From the NCBI RefSeq assembly GCF_006345805.1, contig NC_043008.1:56420001-56484000 (forward strand): a stretch of DNA of 64,000 nucleotides, given 5' to 3'. The notes under the pieces were generated by a model, which worked only from the letters and a program-made list of their open reading frames with translations, did not search any database and was not told where the DNA came from. Both the position numbers and the translations under genes were made by a program. Numbering within the stretch: position 1 is the stretch's first letter; every line of letters begins with the position of its first letter. The DNA is from Octopus sinensis (taxonomy: Eukaryota). This document shows positions 63,801-64,000 of this stretch, in pieces.

Positions 63801-64000
63801 AAGACAAAGGAGATGTATAAAAATGATAGAGAAGTATTATAGAAAGAAAAGAGATAGTAAAAACGAATCAACTACTCAAAAACGTTAAGAGTAGGTAAAA
63901 TTTGTTATGATAGCCTTTATTTAGGAGGAGTTTAAAAGCAAGTAAGAAAATGATTATGTAAATGCTAATGATTATGTAAACGTTAATGATTATGTAAATA

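Noticed and set aside
63947-64000. Three copies of an 18-bp unit (aatgattatgtaaa....)
   Set aside because: It is an ordinary short tandem repeat cut by the window edge, with nothing further to support.

Overview
AT-rich, microsatellite-saturated animal genomic DNA with one 100-N assembly gap (39655-39754). The repeat landscape suggests a coleoid cephalopod, probably Octopus (inference). One host gene is well supported: a 4-exon, + strand Atg8-family gene of MAP1LC3C type, CDS join(15250..15325,32901..32956,35761..35867,37451..37688), 158 aa, with conserved Gly132 and a 26-aa tail. Most of the rest is mobile-element debris: four tRNA-headed SINE families, a CR1/L2-group LINE, RTE, R4/Dong-like and L1/Tx1-like fragments, a pogo transposase remnant, two non-autonomous Helitrons, a hAT MITE and Penelope-like element (PLE) pieces. 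The most striking unexplained structure is about a dozen foldback palindromes, usually in (TA)n. Many carry or are centred on minimal type-I hammerhead ribozyme motifs. One of these has a compensatory A3:U8 core swap and lies in sense orientation in the last LC3C intron, downstream of a PLE GIY-YIG ORF. Head-to-tail SINE multimers with the same junction recur at five loci. Most computed ORFs are microsatellite artefacts. All alignments, folds and family assignments were made by eye, and repeat boundaries are approximate.
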